A stretch of DNA of 61,938 bases from a virus (lineage: Duplodnaviria > Caudoviricetes). Every line of letters starts with the position of its first letter. The stretch's first letter is position 1. Both the position numbers and the translations under genes were made by a program. The notes beneath the pieces were generated by a model. The model did not search any database, was not told the origin of the DNA, and worked only from the letters and a program-made list of their open reading frames with translations. Location of the stretch: IMG/VR virus record IMGVR_UViG_3300044806_000236, positions 1-61,938 of that record; one strand, given 5' to 3'. Positions 9,681 to 19,383 of the stretch are shown piece after piece.

Positions 9681-10155
9681 TTTGAATCCTCTCGATGTAT
9701 GACTGCAAGAAATTAGCTGTTACTGTGGTTTCGGCGCAGTCCTGCGCAACTCGCTCGGGAGCAGGTATTGGGTCGGGGTCGGGTACAGCAATGCTGGGTC
9801 GATCACCGGGAACTTTGGGCACGGCACTGCTACCGGCACTTCGGCGGGCTGCGTCGCGCAACCGCTGAGTAGTAGCATCAGAGCGAACAACAGCAAGGGC
9901 AGCAGCCCAACCATCAACGGTGTCTTTTGCAATCTTCGCATCTTCCTTCTCCTTCTGTTTGGCTTGCGCCTGGGCGATTCGCCCAGATGATTCGACCTGA
10001 TCCTTGAATGCCCTATGGTCGGCGTTGCACTTGGCAACAAGCGCCTCTTGCTTGTCGGCGCGACTATCAGCAAATTGCCACAGGCCAATGAACACCAAGT
10101 TGCTCATGAGCAGGGCGACCATGCCATAGAACGGGAGAGGGTTCAGGCCAAACAT
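9673..10155 (-). CDS. Rz-like inner-membrane spanin
   Basis: Start MFGLNPL at 10155; N-terminal TM plus coiled coil; directly after the endolysin; contains an embedded lipoprotein gene. Confidence 0.75.
   Translation of the reverse strand: MFGLNPLPFYGMVALLMSNLVFIGLWQFADSRADKQEALVAKCNADHRAFKDQVESSGRIAQAQAKQKEKEDAKIAKDTVDGWAAALAVVRSDATTQRLRDAARRSAGSSAVPKVPGDRPSIAVPDPDPIPAPERVAQDCAETTVTANFLQSYIERIQNE
9720..9941 (-). CDS. Rz1-like outer-membrane lipoprotein spanin, embedded in Rz
   Basis: MRRLQK...LLLSGC lipobox and a Pro-rich mature part, in an alternate frame inside Rz. Confidence 0.75.
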   Translation of the reverse strand: MRRLQKTPLMVGLLPLLLFALMLLLSGCATQPAEVPVAVPCPKFPVIDPALLYPTPTQYLLPSELRRTAPKPQ

Positions 10156-10604
10156 AGCGCCATCTCCGCATTGCGCCGCTTGGTCAGTCCGGGGAGCGGC
10201 ACTAATACACCGGCCACTCTTGCCTTGTTCCAACGAGGTAGCTCTTTACAGGCTGAATCGTAATCACCCGCTTGAAGATAACGCGATGCTGTCGAGTCAC
10301 AGGCGACCGTCGGGCCAATGTTGAAAACAGCATCCGAGAAAGCTGCATGGACGTTCTGCGGCAGGTTCGGGTGGCACTTTTCAACCGCATTGACTGCCTC
10401 CAGCATGTCTTCGGTGAGTAAAACTTTACAATCAGCCAGTGAATACTTTACATTCCGCGCCACATCCGATCCAGTATGCCCATAGCACACCGTCAGGATG
10501 CCAGGCGGGTCGTAGTAGGCCCACTGGCGCAAGCCTTCGGCCGGGATGGCGATGGCCGTGGCGATAGCGGCAACCGCCGACAGGCGCTTAGTTCTCGGCT
10601 GCAT
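10143..10604 (-). CDS. Endolysin, GH24 lysozyme with SAR-like N-terminus
   Basis: EG..YYDPPGILTVCYGHT catalytic motif; FNIG; LPGLTKRRNAE; Ala-rich N-terminal segment. Confidence 0.92.
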   Translation of the reverse strand: MQPRTKRLSAVAAIATAIAIPAEGLRQWAYYDPPGILTVCYGHTGSDVARNVKYSLADCKVLLTEDMLEAVNAVEKCHPNLPQNVHAAFSDAVFNIGPTVACDSTASRYLQAGDYDSACKELPRWNKARVAGVLVPLPGLTKRRNAEMALCLA

Positions 10605-10779
10605 TTTTCGCCGTCGCCTTCTGCGCCACATTCGCGCCAAGGTAAAGCGTCAGGTCAAGCGAGGCGACCGTGACCCACATGCCGCCGTCGATCAGGCCGA
10701 AGGCGCGCAAGGCGGTAGCCGCCGCCAGAACCAGCAGGGCCAGGATGAACTTGCGCGAACCGTAGCGGGCGTAGTTCAT
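10588..10779 (-). CDS. Putative holin (2 TM)
   Basis: GSRKFILAL... two hydrophobic helices next to the endolysin. Confidence 0.65.
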   Translation of the reverse strand: MNYARYGSRKFILALLVLAAATALRAFGLIDGGMWVTVASLDLTLYLGANVAQKATAKNAAEN

Positions 10780-10985
10780 TCGTCAAGGTTCCTTTGGGTC
10801 AGCAAGCGGGTGAGCATCGCGCCAACCACCACGATGAATGCCACGAAAGCCATCGGGCGCGGGGCGAGCACGTCATCGACGAACGGCAGGATCGCTTCGC
10901 AGCCGGCGAAGAAAGCGGCCACGGCCATCAGCCTGAAGCTCCAGGCTTTCTTGGCGATCCGTTTCCAGTCGGGAAGCAGCATCAC
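10776..10985 (-). CDS. Putative holin/antiholin (2 TM)
   Basis: LLPDWKRIAKKAWSFRL... two TM segments in the lysis cluster. Confidence 0.6.
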   Translation of the reverse strand: MMLLPDWKRIAKKAWSFRLMAVAAFFAGCEAILPFVDDVLAPRPMAFVAFIVVVGAMLTRLLTQRNLDE

Positions 10986-11302
10986 TTCTGCACCTCAAGC
11001 GTGATAGTTGTGCCCATGTCCTCTTTCGCCTCGATCAGCGCGAGCAGGCGCCCAAGAGCAGACGGTGATGGAATAACGCCATTGCGGCCCCGTACTCCGC
11101 CCAAAACGATGTCGCACTCAGGAGAAGCGCCAATCCATCCGAGGCCAATCGCGTCGGGAAGTATTCGCCCGTGGACATGGCTAAACTGTGCCGTGACCTC
11201 ATATCGTCCATGTGGTAAATTTGGGCGTCCATTGCCAGCCTCGCATAAGCAGAGTTTCAGGTTGTCGGCGTAGATCATGTTGTCGCGGATCGAGAGGTTC
11301 AT
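10982..11302 (-). CDS. Hypothetical protein
   Basis: Coupled to both neighbours. Confidence 0.6.
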   Translation of the reverse strand: MNLSIRDNMIYADNLKLCLCEAGNGRPNLPHGRYEVTAQFSHVHGRILPDAIGLGWIGASPECDIVLGGVRGRNGVIPSPSALGRLLALIEAKEDMGTTITLEVQK

Positions 11303-11955
11303 CAGAATTCACCGATGTCGTGGTATTGCTCAAACGCCCAGTGCTCATCGATCGCAGAGCTCGGCGGCCCAAACTCAGAAGCGAAGCGCTCCTCGAAGCT
11401 TGCCGCCTTGACCACATCGAGCGTGTCGGCATCCTGCTTCAGGTATCCCTGGTGCAGCATCCAATCAAGCAGCGCCCTGTGGTAGCGCTTCGGGATCTCT
11501 GGCTCATCATCGTCAGCGGACATCTCATTGAGCGGAGAGCGGATCACCGACAGAAGAACAGAGTCCGCGTATGCGGCCGGCGGCCACAGGCGAAGCTTCC
11601 CTGACTCCCAGTCCGGAACTGCGACTTGCGGCGTACTGGCGATCGACAGTTCCCAGCCAGGCACTCGCTCATCCATGGTTCTCGAGACGATCATCGTTAG
11701 CGGCGTACCGGTAGAAGCCAGCGTTGCCCTGCGCACCTTGATCACCGACTCATGGAGTTCGATGTAGGTGTCGCCAACAGAAAGATCGCAAGACGCTGCA
11801 GTCGAAGAAGAGTCGACGATCAGGTTCGCGCGCCGGCAGGCCTCGTCGACAGCCTCGTTGGCGTACTCTGTGATTTCGTCGTCGGACCACAAACGATTGC
11901 TTGGCTTGTCCATGGTGCGTGATCGGAACGCATCGATAAGTTGGCGCAGGTTCAT
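11302..11955 (-). CDS. Head-tail adaptor protein
   Basis: LWSDDEITEYANEAVDEACRR...EPEIPKRYHRALLDW..YLKQDADT pattern of podovirus adaptors. Confidence 0.75.
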   Translation of the reverse strand: MNLRQLIDAFRSRTMDKPSNRLWSDDEITEYANEAVDEACRRANLIVDSSSTAASCDLSVGDTYIELHESVIKVRRATLASTGTPLTMIVSRTMDERVPGWELSIASTPQVAVPDWESGKLRLWPPAAYADSVLLSVIRSPLNEMSADDDEPEIPKRYHRALLDWMLHQGYLKQDADTLDVVKAASFEERFASEFGPPSSAIDEHWAFEQYHDIGEF

Positions 11956-13493
11956 GCTGCAGCTTCCTCTGCATTGACGGCCGCGGCATAGACGTCGGCC
12001 GGGTCAATCAGTTTCTGGCACATCGCGGTTCCAGTCGCCTTGTCTTCAAGGCAGAAGGCTGATCCGTAGTGCAGGCGATGGCACGGGTAGCAGTCGAGAC
12101 CACGCGGCGCCAGCGGGATGGTGTTCTTCCAGTGCTTGGTCAGGTTCTCATGCGACGAGTGGGAGAGCAGCACGACCTTGCGATTGTCTTCGAAGGCCAC
12201 GGCATTCAGCACACCGGTCTCGCAACCAATGACGACGTCCATCTGCTGCGCCAAGGAAAGCGTCTGGCGGATGCTCAACTCTCCAGACAGGAGAACAACC
12301 CGCGGCTCTTCTTCCCATCCCTGCTCGAGCAATCGGCAGGCGTCGTCGCCGACCATGAAGATACGGCACACAGGGTTTTCGATCAGGATCTTGGCGATCA
12401 CCGCGTCCTGGTGCGGGTAGAACTTGTGCATCGCAGATCCGGCCAGGGCGAACATCACGTTCAGGCCGCCGCCGATCCGCGCCTTCGCTTCGTCGCGCTC
12501 TTCTGCGGTCGGGTAGAACTTGCCTTCGCTGGTGTATGGAAGCCCGGCGATCTCCGAGGTGAACTCGAGGTAGTTCTTGTCCAGGTACTTGTGGCGCATC
12601 GCATGCGGCCACATGTGGTTGGCCCGCCCGGGCATGGCCAGCAGCGTACCCTCTACCGACTCGCAGAGATTTATGAACTTGTCGAACCGGTTCGATACAA
12701 CGCGCCAGAAGTCATTCAGCTCATGGTTCGGAACCTGGCCGTCATCCTGGATGAAAAAGTCGTCGATGTTCGGATCTTCCTTCAGTACATCCTGGCCCTT
12801 CGGGGTGGTCATCACCGTTACCCGATAGCCTTGGCGCTTCAGCACCGGCAGGATGTTCGCCGTCTGGATCATGTCACCGAATCCGCCGTAGCGGACAACG
12901 CACACGCTCTTGCGCCGCGCCTTCTGCTGCTTGGTGACGTAGGAGTTGCGCCACACGGAGCCGGCCAGCTTCTGGAAGACAAGCAGGAACGAATACTCCA
13001 TGCCGTCCTTGCGGTCTTCATTGACCAGGACGTCACATCCGACCGCCACTTCCTGAATCGCCGAGACGATGTCGCGCGGCTCGAAGTCGTGCTTGTGGTC
13101 AGGGTTTGACCCCATCTCGCCAATGTTCGGGTAGAAGTGCTTGTGCGGAAGGTAGAGGACCAGATAGCCGTCATTCTTGATGCAGCGCCACCAGTCCTTC
13201 AGGGCGCCGCGGTAGTCATCGATGTGCTCGAGCAGATGCGATGAGAAGATGGCATCGCACGACTCATCCTTGACGTACTCGCCAAGGTCGGCACAGTCCT
13301 TGACCACAAGATCAGGGCGCATCTTGATGCCGAACAGCTCGGTATCCTTGCACGAATCAACGCCGATGAAGTGGGGGAAAGCCTTGGACGGACCACAGCC
13401 CAGATCAAGAACGGCGCCGCGGGTGTATTCCACGACGTCGTACTTTACTTTGCTCGCTTCATCGCCGCATGGATCTTCCAGTCTCCAGACCAT
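11952..13493 (-). CDS. Class I SAM methyltransferase fused to a GT9 (heptosyltransferase-like) glycosyltransferase
   Basis: VLDLGCG and IFSSHLLEH in the MTase domain; VVRYGGFGDMI, VIGCETGVLN and CYPCH in the GT-B/GT9 domain. Confidence 0.85.
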   Translation of the reverse strand: MVWRLEDPCGDEASKVKYDVVEYTRGAVLDLGCGPSKAFPHFIGVDSCKDTELFGIKMRPDLVVKDCADLGEYVKDESCDAIFSSHLLEHIDDYRGALKDWWRCIKNDGYLVLYLPHKHFYPNIGEMGSNPDHKHDFEPRDIVSAIQEVAVGCDVLVNEDRKDGMEYSFLLVFQKLAGSVWRNSYVTKQQKARRKSVCVVRYGGFGDMIQTANILPVLKRQGYRVTVMTTPKGQDVLKEDPNIDDFFIQDDGQVPNHELNDFWRVVSNRFDKFINLCESVEGTLLAMPGRANHMWPHAMRHKYLDKNYLEFTSEIAGLPYTSEGKFYPTAEERDEAKARIGGGLNVMFALAGSAMHKFYPHQDAVIAKILIENPVCRIFMVGDDACRLLEQGWEEEPRVVLLSGELSIRQTLSLAQQMDVVIGCETGVLNAVAFEDNRKVVLLSHSSHENLTKHWKNTIPLAPRGLDCYPCHRLHYGSAFCLEDKATGTAMCQKLIDPADVYAAAVNAEEAAA

Positions 13494-13699
13494 CAGGCAC
13501 CTTCCACACTGGATTCAACTACCTTCTTCGGACGGCCGCCACGACGCTTTGGCTCATCGACAACGACGACGGCTCCATCGGACGCCGGAACCATCAGATT
13601 GCCGGCATAATCGAAAGGCAGATTGTCCTGCTCGTACCTGACATCGGAGATGCCATGCACTTCAGCAAACGGACGGCTGCGATCGAGAACTTGGGCCAT
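13493..13699 (-). CDS. Small protein with basic RRGGRPKK tail
   Basis: Start MAQVLDRSRPF at 13699. Confidence 0.6.
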   Translation of the reverse strand: MAQVLDRSRPFAEVHGISDVRYEQDNLPFDYAGNLMVPASDGAVVVVDEPKRRGGRPKKVVESSVEGA

Positions 13700-13700
13700 A

Positions 13701-13907
13701 TCAGCACTCGCCGGGACAGGTCTCGTCGGGCTTTGCGCTGCCGGCGCCATTGAGGGGGCCGATCGTATTGGTGGCGTCGGGCGAGATGTTGGCGCCGTAG
13801 GTATCGCCGTTCAGACCGGTGCCAGTGCCGGCATCCTTGAGATTGCCGCCTGCGCCGCCCTTGCCGACAGCGTTGTTCTTCGCAATTTCCTTGGTAACTT
13901 GGGACAT
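13701..13907 (-). CDS. Small Gly-rich hypothetical protein
   Basis: AAGGAG RBS before ATG 13907. Confidence 0.65.
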   Translation of the reverse strand: MSQVTKEIAKNNAVGKGGAGGNLKDAGTGTGLNGDTYGANISPDATNTIGPLNGAGSAKPDETCPGEC

Positions 13908-13974
13908 TTCAAACTCCTTGTGATGGGTAAAAATCACTGCCAGCGAAGTCTCTCACGACCCCTCTTGACCGTGA

Positions 13975-14526
13975 CTAGACAATGACCAGCGCCTTGCCTG
14001 TTTCCGCAATGACCAGGATTCGATACTGGCTCTCATGCAGCGCATCCGTGCAGCCCTGGCAGTCAGCGACCATGTAGTCGTCGAAGAGGATCATCCCGCC
14101 ACGAACCATGCGGCTCGGCATCAACTCCAGGATGGCCTTGGTGCTCTCGTACTGGTCTGCATCGGCATGGACAAAGCCAACCGGCGGCATGTCGATCAGA
14201 GAGTCTGGGAACATGCCCTTGATGACTGTAGCGCTCGGGACAAGAGCGCTGACCTCTTCCGCGGAGCAATCAGCGAAATGGCCGATCTGGTGGGCGTCGG
14301 CGCCGCTGGATACCGGCATACCCTCGAACGTGTCGTACAGGAATAGCGGGCGACCGAGTTTTGCCAGGTGCCAGGCAGTGCCGCCCTTATAAACACCGAC
14401 CTCGACAATAGCTCCAAATGGCGAGCGCGAGGCGTAGTACATCAGCGAGTCAATAGCGATCGGATGAACAAGCGAGGGTGGCGACACAATGAGCTCCTTG
14501 AATGGTGAGCCACAAGTATCTTCCAT
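13975..14526 (-). CDS. TylF/MycF/NovP-family O-methyltransferase
   Basis: IVEVGVYKGG, LYDTFEGMP, KGMFPDSL, FVHADADQYEST and GGMILFDDY motifs. Confidence 0.88.
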   Translation of the reverse strand: MEDTCGSPFKELIVSPPSLVHPIAIDSLMYYASRSPFGAIVEVGVYKGGTAWHLAKLGRPLFLYDTFEGMPVSSGADAHQIGHFADCSAEEVSALVPSATVIKGMFPDSLIDMPPVGFVHADADQYESTKAILELMPSRMVRGGMILFDDYMVADCQGCTDALHESQYRILVIAETGKALVIV

Positions 14527-14562
14527 CCCCTCTTGAGTTTTGATGATCTAAAAATGGGCAAT

Positions 14563-14587
14563 AAAAAGCCACCCGAAGGCGGCTTTC
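14563..14587 (-). terminator. Rho-independent terminator after the capsid gene
   Basis: Minus strand AAAGCCGCC-TTCG-GGTGGCTTTTT. Confidence 0.8.
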
Positions 14588-14603
14588 GTTGTGCTGCAAT
14601 TGT

Positions 14604-15545
14604 TTAGCCAGCGGAGTCCCAACAAATGATGCGAGCTTGGGCCGCGACTGTGTGCACGATCCCAAAACCTCCAACATAATACCATGCCACACCACGGCCA
14701 CGGCCGTAGTCGGTCGGGATCTTGCCGCGCATTTCCTCGGGGACCGCGATGCCTTCCGCGACGGTATCGCCGCCGAAGAAGTAGGCCCAGTTGGACTTGT
14801 TGGAAGCGAAGGTCTTCTTGGCGATGTTGTTCTGCTCGACGAAGCGGGTATTTTCATACCGGCCGATTTCGCCGTTCAGGATCATGCCAAAGCCTTCCGT
14901 GGTGTATTGCTTCACGGACTCGAGGTCGTTCTTCAGCTTGCGGAAGGTCGACGGGTGCGCAACCGAGCAGTAGTCGTCCATCTGGTACGGAGGAATGTTG
15001 CGTTCCTTCATCAGATCGACGATCGCCTTGACGTGATCCTTGCCGAGCTCGATTCCGTTGGTGGCGGTAGCCGTACCATTGGTGGTCAGAGCGACGGACG
15101 TGGTGTGGGTCGAGGTTGCGACGACGCGCAGCGGGGTCTTGTTGAATTCGGCGTGAGCGGCAATGTCGAATGCCTTCATCGCGTCGTTCTTCAGAACCTT
15201 GTTGATCACTTCCTTGACCGGGTGCTCGGACAGGTCGTCCAGCTTGCCGGTGTAGGGAACGGAGTTGCCGAATTCAGTGATCGACATCGTGCCCTGGGTG
15301 ATCGTGAAGTTCGATTCGGGCATGACGGAGGTTTCCGTCAGGGTCGTGCCTTGCGATGCGATGTCCGAATAGACGTTCCAGTGGAAGGTGTCGCCCTTGC
15401 CCTTGCCTTGGACAGCAGCATCCTTGACGTCGGCGAACTGGCGGAACTTGCACAGCGGTTGAACGGCGTGGCGCAGCACCTTGGACAGGTTGTCCGAGTA
15501 CATGTAGCCACCAAGCGAGTTGGTTACCCAAATTTGACCAGCCAT
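14604..15545 (-). CDS. Major capsid protein (N4-gp56-like)
   Basis: KFRQFAD..GKGKGDTF, EFGNSVPYTGKL, GEIGRYENTRFVE and DYGRGRGVAWY; follows the scaffold; ends at a terminator. Confidence 0.88.
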   Translation of the reverse strand: MAGQIWVTNSLGGYMYSDNLSKVLRHAVQPLCKFRQFADVKDAAVQGKGKGDTFHWNVYSDIASQGTTLTETSVMPESNFTITQGTMSITEFGNSVPYTGKLDDLSEHPVKEVINKVLKNDAMKAFDIAAHAEFNKTPLRVVATSTHTTSVALTTNGTATATNGIELGKDHVKAIVDLMKERNIPPYQMDDYCSVAHPSTFRKLKNDLESVKQYTTEGFGMILNGEIGRYENTRFVEQNNIAKKTFASNKSNWAYFFGGDTVAEGIAVPEEMRGKIPTDYGRGRGVAWYYVGGFGIVHTVAAQARIICWDSAG

Positions 15546-15563
15546 AAAATTCTCCTAGAGGGG

Positions 15564-16523
15564 CTAGTGGGGCAGTGATTGCCCCAGTCGTTTCTTTGCC
15601 ATCTCGGCAATGACCGACGACGGAGAGGAATTCTCCTGCGGCGATCCGCCTTGAGCGGCAACAGTTGAAGCAGTCGGGATGTTATCCAGACGCGCCTTGT
15701 TTTCCTGGCGAATGCTTTGGGCTGACTCAGATGACGGGCGTCCCCTACCCAGGCTCTTGTACATGCTCTCGGAGACTTCAAGGATTGCCTTCGAGCGGGG
15801 CGAACCCTGCTCAACCAGCTTGTTCACCTTGATGGTCGCCAACAGCTCAAGATCAGGGTCATTGATAATTTCGGGATAGTCCGTCCTGACTTTGCTCATG
15901 GCATCGTTCAGCGCAATGCGCTCCAGGACTCGATCGGTAAGCGCATCGTCATCGAGCCGCTCAACGACAGGCTGCTGGGTAGGCTGGTCACCGCCCTTTG
16001 CCTTCGTGATCAACTGCGCGAGTGCTTCCGTTGCTGCATCCTGGTCGCCGTCGTAGAGCTTGCTCAAGACGTCGGCGGCCTGGGATTTCAGATCTTCCGG
16101 CGTGATGCCGGTATTCGGTGTGGCCGCGGGCTCTGCAGCGCGTTGCTGCGTGAGCTCCTCGGCATGTTTCAGGATACGGGCCGCCTCCTCGAGGCGACGA
16201 TCGGCCGCAGCATTCTTTTGGTAGGTGCGGACCAGTTCTTCCTGGGTGACTTCCAGCTCACTGCCATCAACCTTGACCTTGATCGGCGCCGGCTGTGTCG
16301 GCTCAGGCTCTGGATCGGCCAACTGCTCTTCGATCTGGGTGTCGTTGGCCGGGGCGGCCGACAGATCGACACCAGATTCCTCCTGAAGCTGGCGCAGGCG
16401 CGACTCATTGATCGCTTCCATCGCAATGTTCCGCGGCGAATTGGGCGACTCCATGGTCATCGGGGTTTGCTCTTCGGCCTGCACGTCCTCTTGGATAGCG
16501 CCGGCTTGGGCTTTGGCATTCAT
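15564..16523 (-). CDS. Capsid scaffolding protein
   Basis: Acidic, helical, with KVKVDGSELEV..EL..YQK; directly upstream of the capsid gene. Confidence 0.75.
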   Translation of the reverse strand: MNAKAQAGAIQEDVQAEEQTPMTMESPNSPRNIAMEAINESRLRQLQEESGVDLSAAPANDTQIEEQLADPEPEPTQPAPIKVKVDGSELEVTQEELVRTYQKNAAADRRLEEAARILKHAEELTQQRAAEPAATPNTGITPEDLKSQAADVLSKLYDGDQDAATEALAQLITKAKGGDQPTQQPVVERLDDDALTDRVLERIALNDAMSKVRTDYPEIINDPDLELLATIKVNKLVEQGSPRSKAILEVSESMYKSLGRGRPSSESAQSIRQENKARLDNIPTASTVAAQGGSPQENSSPSSVIAEMAKKRLGQSLPH

Positions 16524-16538
16524 GTGCTGTGTCTCCTT

Positions 16539-16832
16539 TTACTCAGTGTCGTGAAGTTCTGCCTGGGCATTCAGCCCGGCATTGATGGCATCGACGAGCC
16601 AGTATTGAACTGACTCGGCAACATGGATCGTGTTCTGCAGACCGCGGATGCACTTAGAGTCATCAGGATCAACCTGCTTCAGCGCCTCGACGGCTTCCTC
16701 AACCTGACCTTCGGCGCGCTGCACAAGGTAGCGTCCAATGTCAGACTGCAAGAAAGCCTCGGCCTGGAAGCCAAGGTCGATCTGCTGCAGCAGTTGATTC
16801 TTTCCAGGGTCATTGCTCATAGCTTGCGACAT
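16539..16832 (-). CDS. Conserved small head-module protein
   Basis: Lies between portal and scaffold. Confidence 0.65.
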   Translation of the reverse strand: MSQAMSNDPGKNQLLQQIDLGFQAEAFLQSDIGRYLVQRAEGQVEEAVEALKQVDPDDSKCIRGLQNTIHVAESVQYWLVDAINAGLNAQAELHDTE

Positions 16833-16851
16833 TAACTCAACCCCTCATAAC

Positions 16852-19383
16852 TCAACGCTCATCACGATCTTCGTCTCTCACCCTGGCAAATGACTGTTGC
16901 TGCGGCGAGTTCGGGTCGAGCGGAGGATCGTAGAATCCTGCGTTGTGCGGATGAACAGCGCCACCATTTGCGTATCCGCGCTGCTCACCGTCTGCAGCAT
17001 ATGGAGTCTTTCCCTGGAGGCCACGCTGTATTGCATGGTCGATTGCCCTATCATTCATCTCCTTGGTCGGCTTTCCACCAGTCAGGACATTGCTCAAGTC
17101 CTTAAATCCTTGGTTCGGAGTGATTAACGGGTACTGCAAGCGCCGGCCATCAACATCTGCCTCGGCCGTCAGTTCTGTCATAACAGAACCATCTGAGGCG
17201 TTAAGCGGGCCGAAATAACCAGCTCCTTTTGGCGTACCATCCGGACGATTCCCGTAATCAACCAAACCGCCATTGGAGAAGCCCTGCATACCATCGGCCT
17301 CCATCCCCTCATTGGCGCCAACTGCTGGGGAACCCGGGTTTCCCGGGTTTCCCGGTCGGGCCGGGAATGCTGGCGATGTGTTGCCGCTCTCCGGAACATC
17401 GATCGGACCAGTCATTGCAGCATCAACCGCGGCGGGGGTGACAGGGGCGGCCGGCTGCGGGAAATTCGGATCGATTCCGGCAGGGGCCGGTTGCTGGTAT
17501 CCGCCGGCCTGCATGATCTTGTCAGCAATCGGCGCCACTTGCGGCACGGTGGCCAGAACCTCTCCGGCCTGCATGGAGCTGTAGATAGCCTCGACCATCT
17601 TGGCCACCTTGTCGGCGTCTGTCTTGCCGATTCTGGAGTCGATCTCGCGAACCTGTGCGGCCAACAGTTCTGGAGGATACTTTGCATCCAGCGCCGCCTG
17701 AAGCTGCTGCTTCTCTTGCTCCAGAGCCACGATGCGCGGATCTTGTTCGCCTTCGAACTTGAAGAAGCGGCCACCATCCTTGTGGCCAAGGGCGCCGAAG
17801 ACTTCCTTGATGACCTCGGTTGGATCAACTCCGTATTTCTCGAGCACGCCATCGGCCAGGGAGTTCTTGACCCCGTTGATGCCGGTCAAGAGGTTGTTGA
17901 TCTTCTGCGTCGGGCTGGTGGCGTTCATCCCGACATTGACGGTCAGGGTGAGCTCCTGCAGCAACAGCTCGTCGGTCACGGCGTCCATTCCGAGCTGCTG
18001 GAACATCTTCGACTTGTTCGCTGCCAGCGCCAGGATAACCGCATCGGTCTCATAGCGCTGCTCAAGGAGAATCATCTGACGCATGACCGGTTCGACCCAG
18101 GTCTCGATGAAGACCTTGATCGCGTAAGCCTTCACCTTGTTGGCGTCGGCCGACAGGATCTCCATCCCGCCAACTGTCTCATTGAGCCGGCGGTTGGCTT
18201 GTACAGAGCTCTGCGACATGTTTCCGCTGATCTCGTCGAAGTCCATGTTGAGGCGGTCCTGCTCCTGATAGGCAGACGACGTCACGTCAGGCGTATCGAC
18301 CACTTTGACGTCTGACTCAGGGTCGCCCATCAGGGTAACGCTGCCGATCGTGTTGCGGGTCAGGGAGCGAATATCGACCTGCTTGTTGCGCTTGACGAAG
18401 TAGCGCTTGTTCATCGCGAACTTGACGTTGTCGATGCGCTGGTTGGCTATCTCGTTGATCTCTGCAGCGACGTCCCTGGTCAGGCGTACCTCGCCGGCCG
18501 GGTCTGTCTTGTGCGTCTCGATCACCACCTTGCCAAGAACGAATGGCCGCTTGCCGTGGGCGTACCGCGCACTAAGCGGAACGGCCGGCGCCAAGAGATG
18601 CTCAGTGCCAAGCGTGAAGAACAGCTCGTCACTTCCGTCGATCTCCATCACGTTCATATGAACCCAGACGATCGTGAAGTCATTGATCGGCGTGGTCTGG
18701 TCGCTTGAGTCGGTGCGATTACCTTCTCGCAGCATGCGCGTCGTGTCGCTGTACTTCTTGGCGGCCGACGAAATCTCCTGATCTGATAGCGACATCCACT
18801 TGCCACTGGCCATTCGTGCCTTGACGTCCTTGACGTACATCGGCATCAGCCAGATCAGGTAGGGGGAACTGTTGATCGGGTCAGTCCAGTCGGCCGCCGG
18901 GTCATAGCGGAAGTTCTCGCGCGGGATCAGCGTGATGACCGGCACGTCCTTCTCGCGATGCCAATCTTGGTGCGAGATGACGACACCCTGTACTTCGGCG
19001 TCCTGAAATGCACCAACGGCAACCTGGAACCATGGCACCGACTTGGTCATCCGGTACTGCAGAAGCTCCTGGATAACCTCGGCGCTGGCCTGTTGTACTT
19101 GATTGGAAGAGTCCTCCGGCGTGATCGACACAACGTCACTGGTCGAGAACAATGCCTCTGCCACGCTTGCCTCGGCGCCACGCACCATGGCTCTGGTCTT
19201 CGGCCGGTAGAACTTGGCACGACCGCGGTAGCCTTCGGACATGTACTTCGAGTCCGGGTTATGCTTGCTGTGGAACTGGCGCAGATCCTTCTCGAGGTCA
19301 GGCCGGATGTTGGCATCGAAGTACATCGTCGAGCCCGAGTACGCATCCCGGGCTAATTGCAGGGCTGTGGATTCATCAATCAT
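16852..19383 (-). CDS. Portal protein with extended C-terminus
   Basis: Follows terL; PKTRAMVR, FRYDPAADW, EINEIANQRIDNV and ETVGGM motifs of podovirus portals. Confidence 0.85.
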   Translation of the reverse strand: MIDESTALQLARDAYSGSTMYFDANIRPDLEKDLRQFHSKHNPDSKYMSEGYRGRAKFYRPKTRAMVRGAEASVAEALFSTSDVVSITPEDSSNQVQQASAEVIQELLQYRMTKSVPWFQVAVGAFQDAEVQGVVISHQDWHREKDVPVITLIPRENFRYDPAADWTDPINSSPYLIWLMPMYVKDVKARMASGKWMSLSDQEISSAAKKYSDTTRMLREGNRTDSSDQTTPINDFTIVWVHMNVMEIDGSDELFFTLGTEHLLAPAVPLSARYAHGKRPFVLGKVVIETHKTDPAGEVRLTRDVAAEINEIANQRIDNVKFAMNKRYFVKRNKQVDIRSLTRNTIGSVTLMGDPESDVKVVDTPDVTSSAYQEQDRLNMDFDEISGNMSQSSVQANRRLNETVGGMEILSADANKVKAYAIKVFIETWVEPVMRQMILLEQRYETDAVILALAANKSKMFQQLGMDAVTDELLLQELTLTVNVGMNATSPTQKINNLLTGINGVKNSLADGVLEKYGVDPTEVIKEVFGALGHKDGGRFFKFEGEQDPRIVALEQEKQQLQAALDAKYPPELLAAQVREIDSRIGKTDADKVAKMVEAIYSSMQAGEVLATVPQVAPIADKIMQAGGYQQPAPAGIDPNFPQPAAPVTPAAVDAAMTGPIDVPESGNTSPAFPARPGNPGNPGSPAVGANEGMEADGMQGFSNGGLVDYGNRPDGTPKGAGYFGPLNASDGSVMTELTAEADVDGRRLQYPLITPNQGFKDLSNVLTGGKPTKEMNDRAIDHAIQRGLQGKTPYAADGEQRGYANGGAVHPHNAGFYDPPLDPNSPQQQSFARVRDEDRDER

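Noticed and set aside
12069-13109. Long plus-strand ORFs opposite late genes (also 14589..15578, 17491..18315, 51423..52187)
   Set aside because: They are antisense shadows of high-GC coding genes, with no RBS or recognisable motifs.
17328-17356. CCCGGGTTT tandem repeat
   Set aside because: It only encodes PGN-PGN in a low-complexity portal linker.
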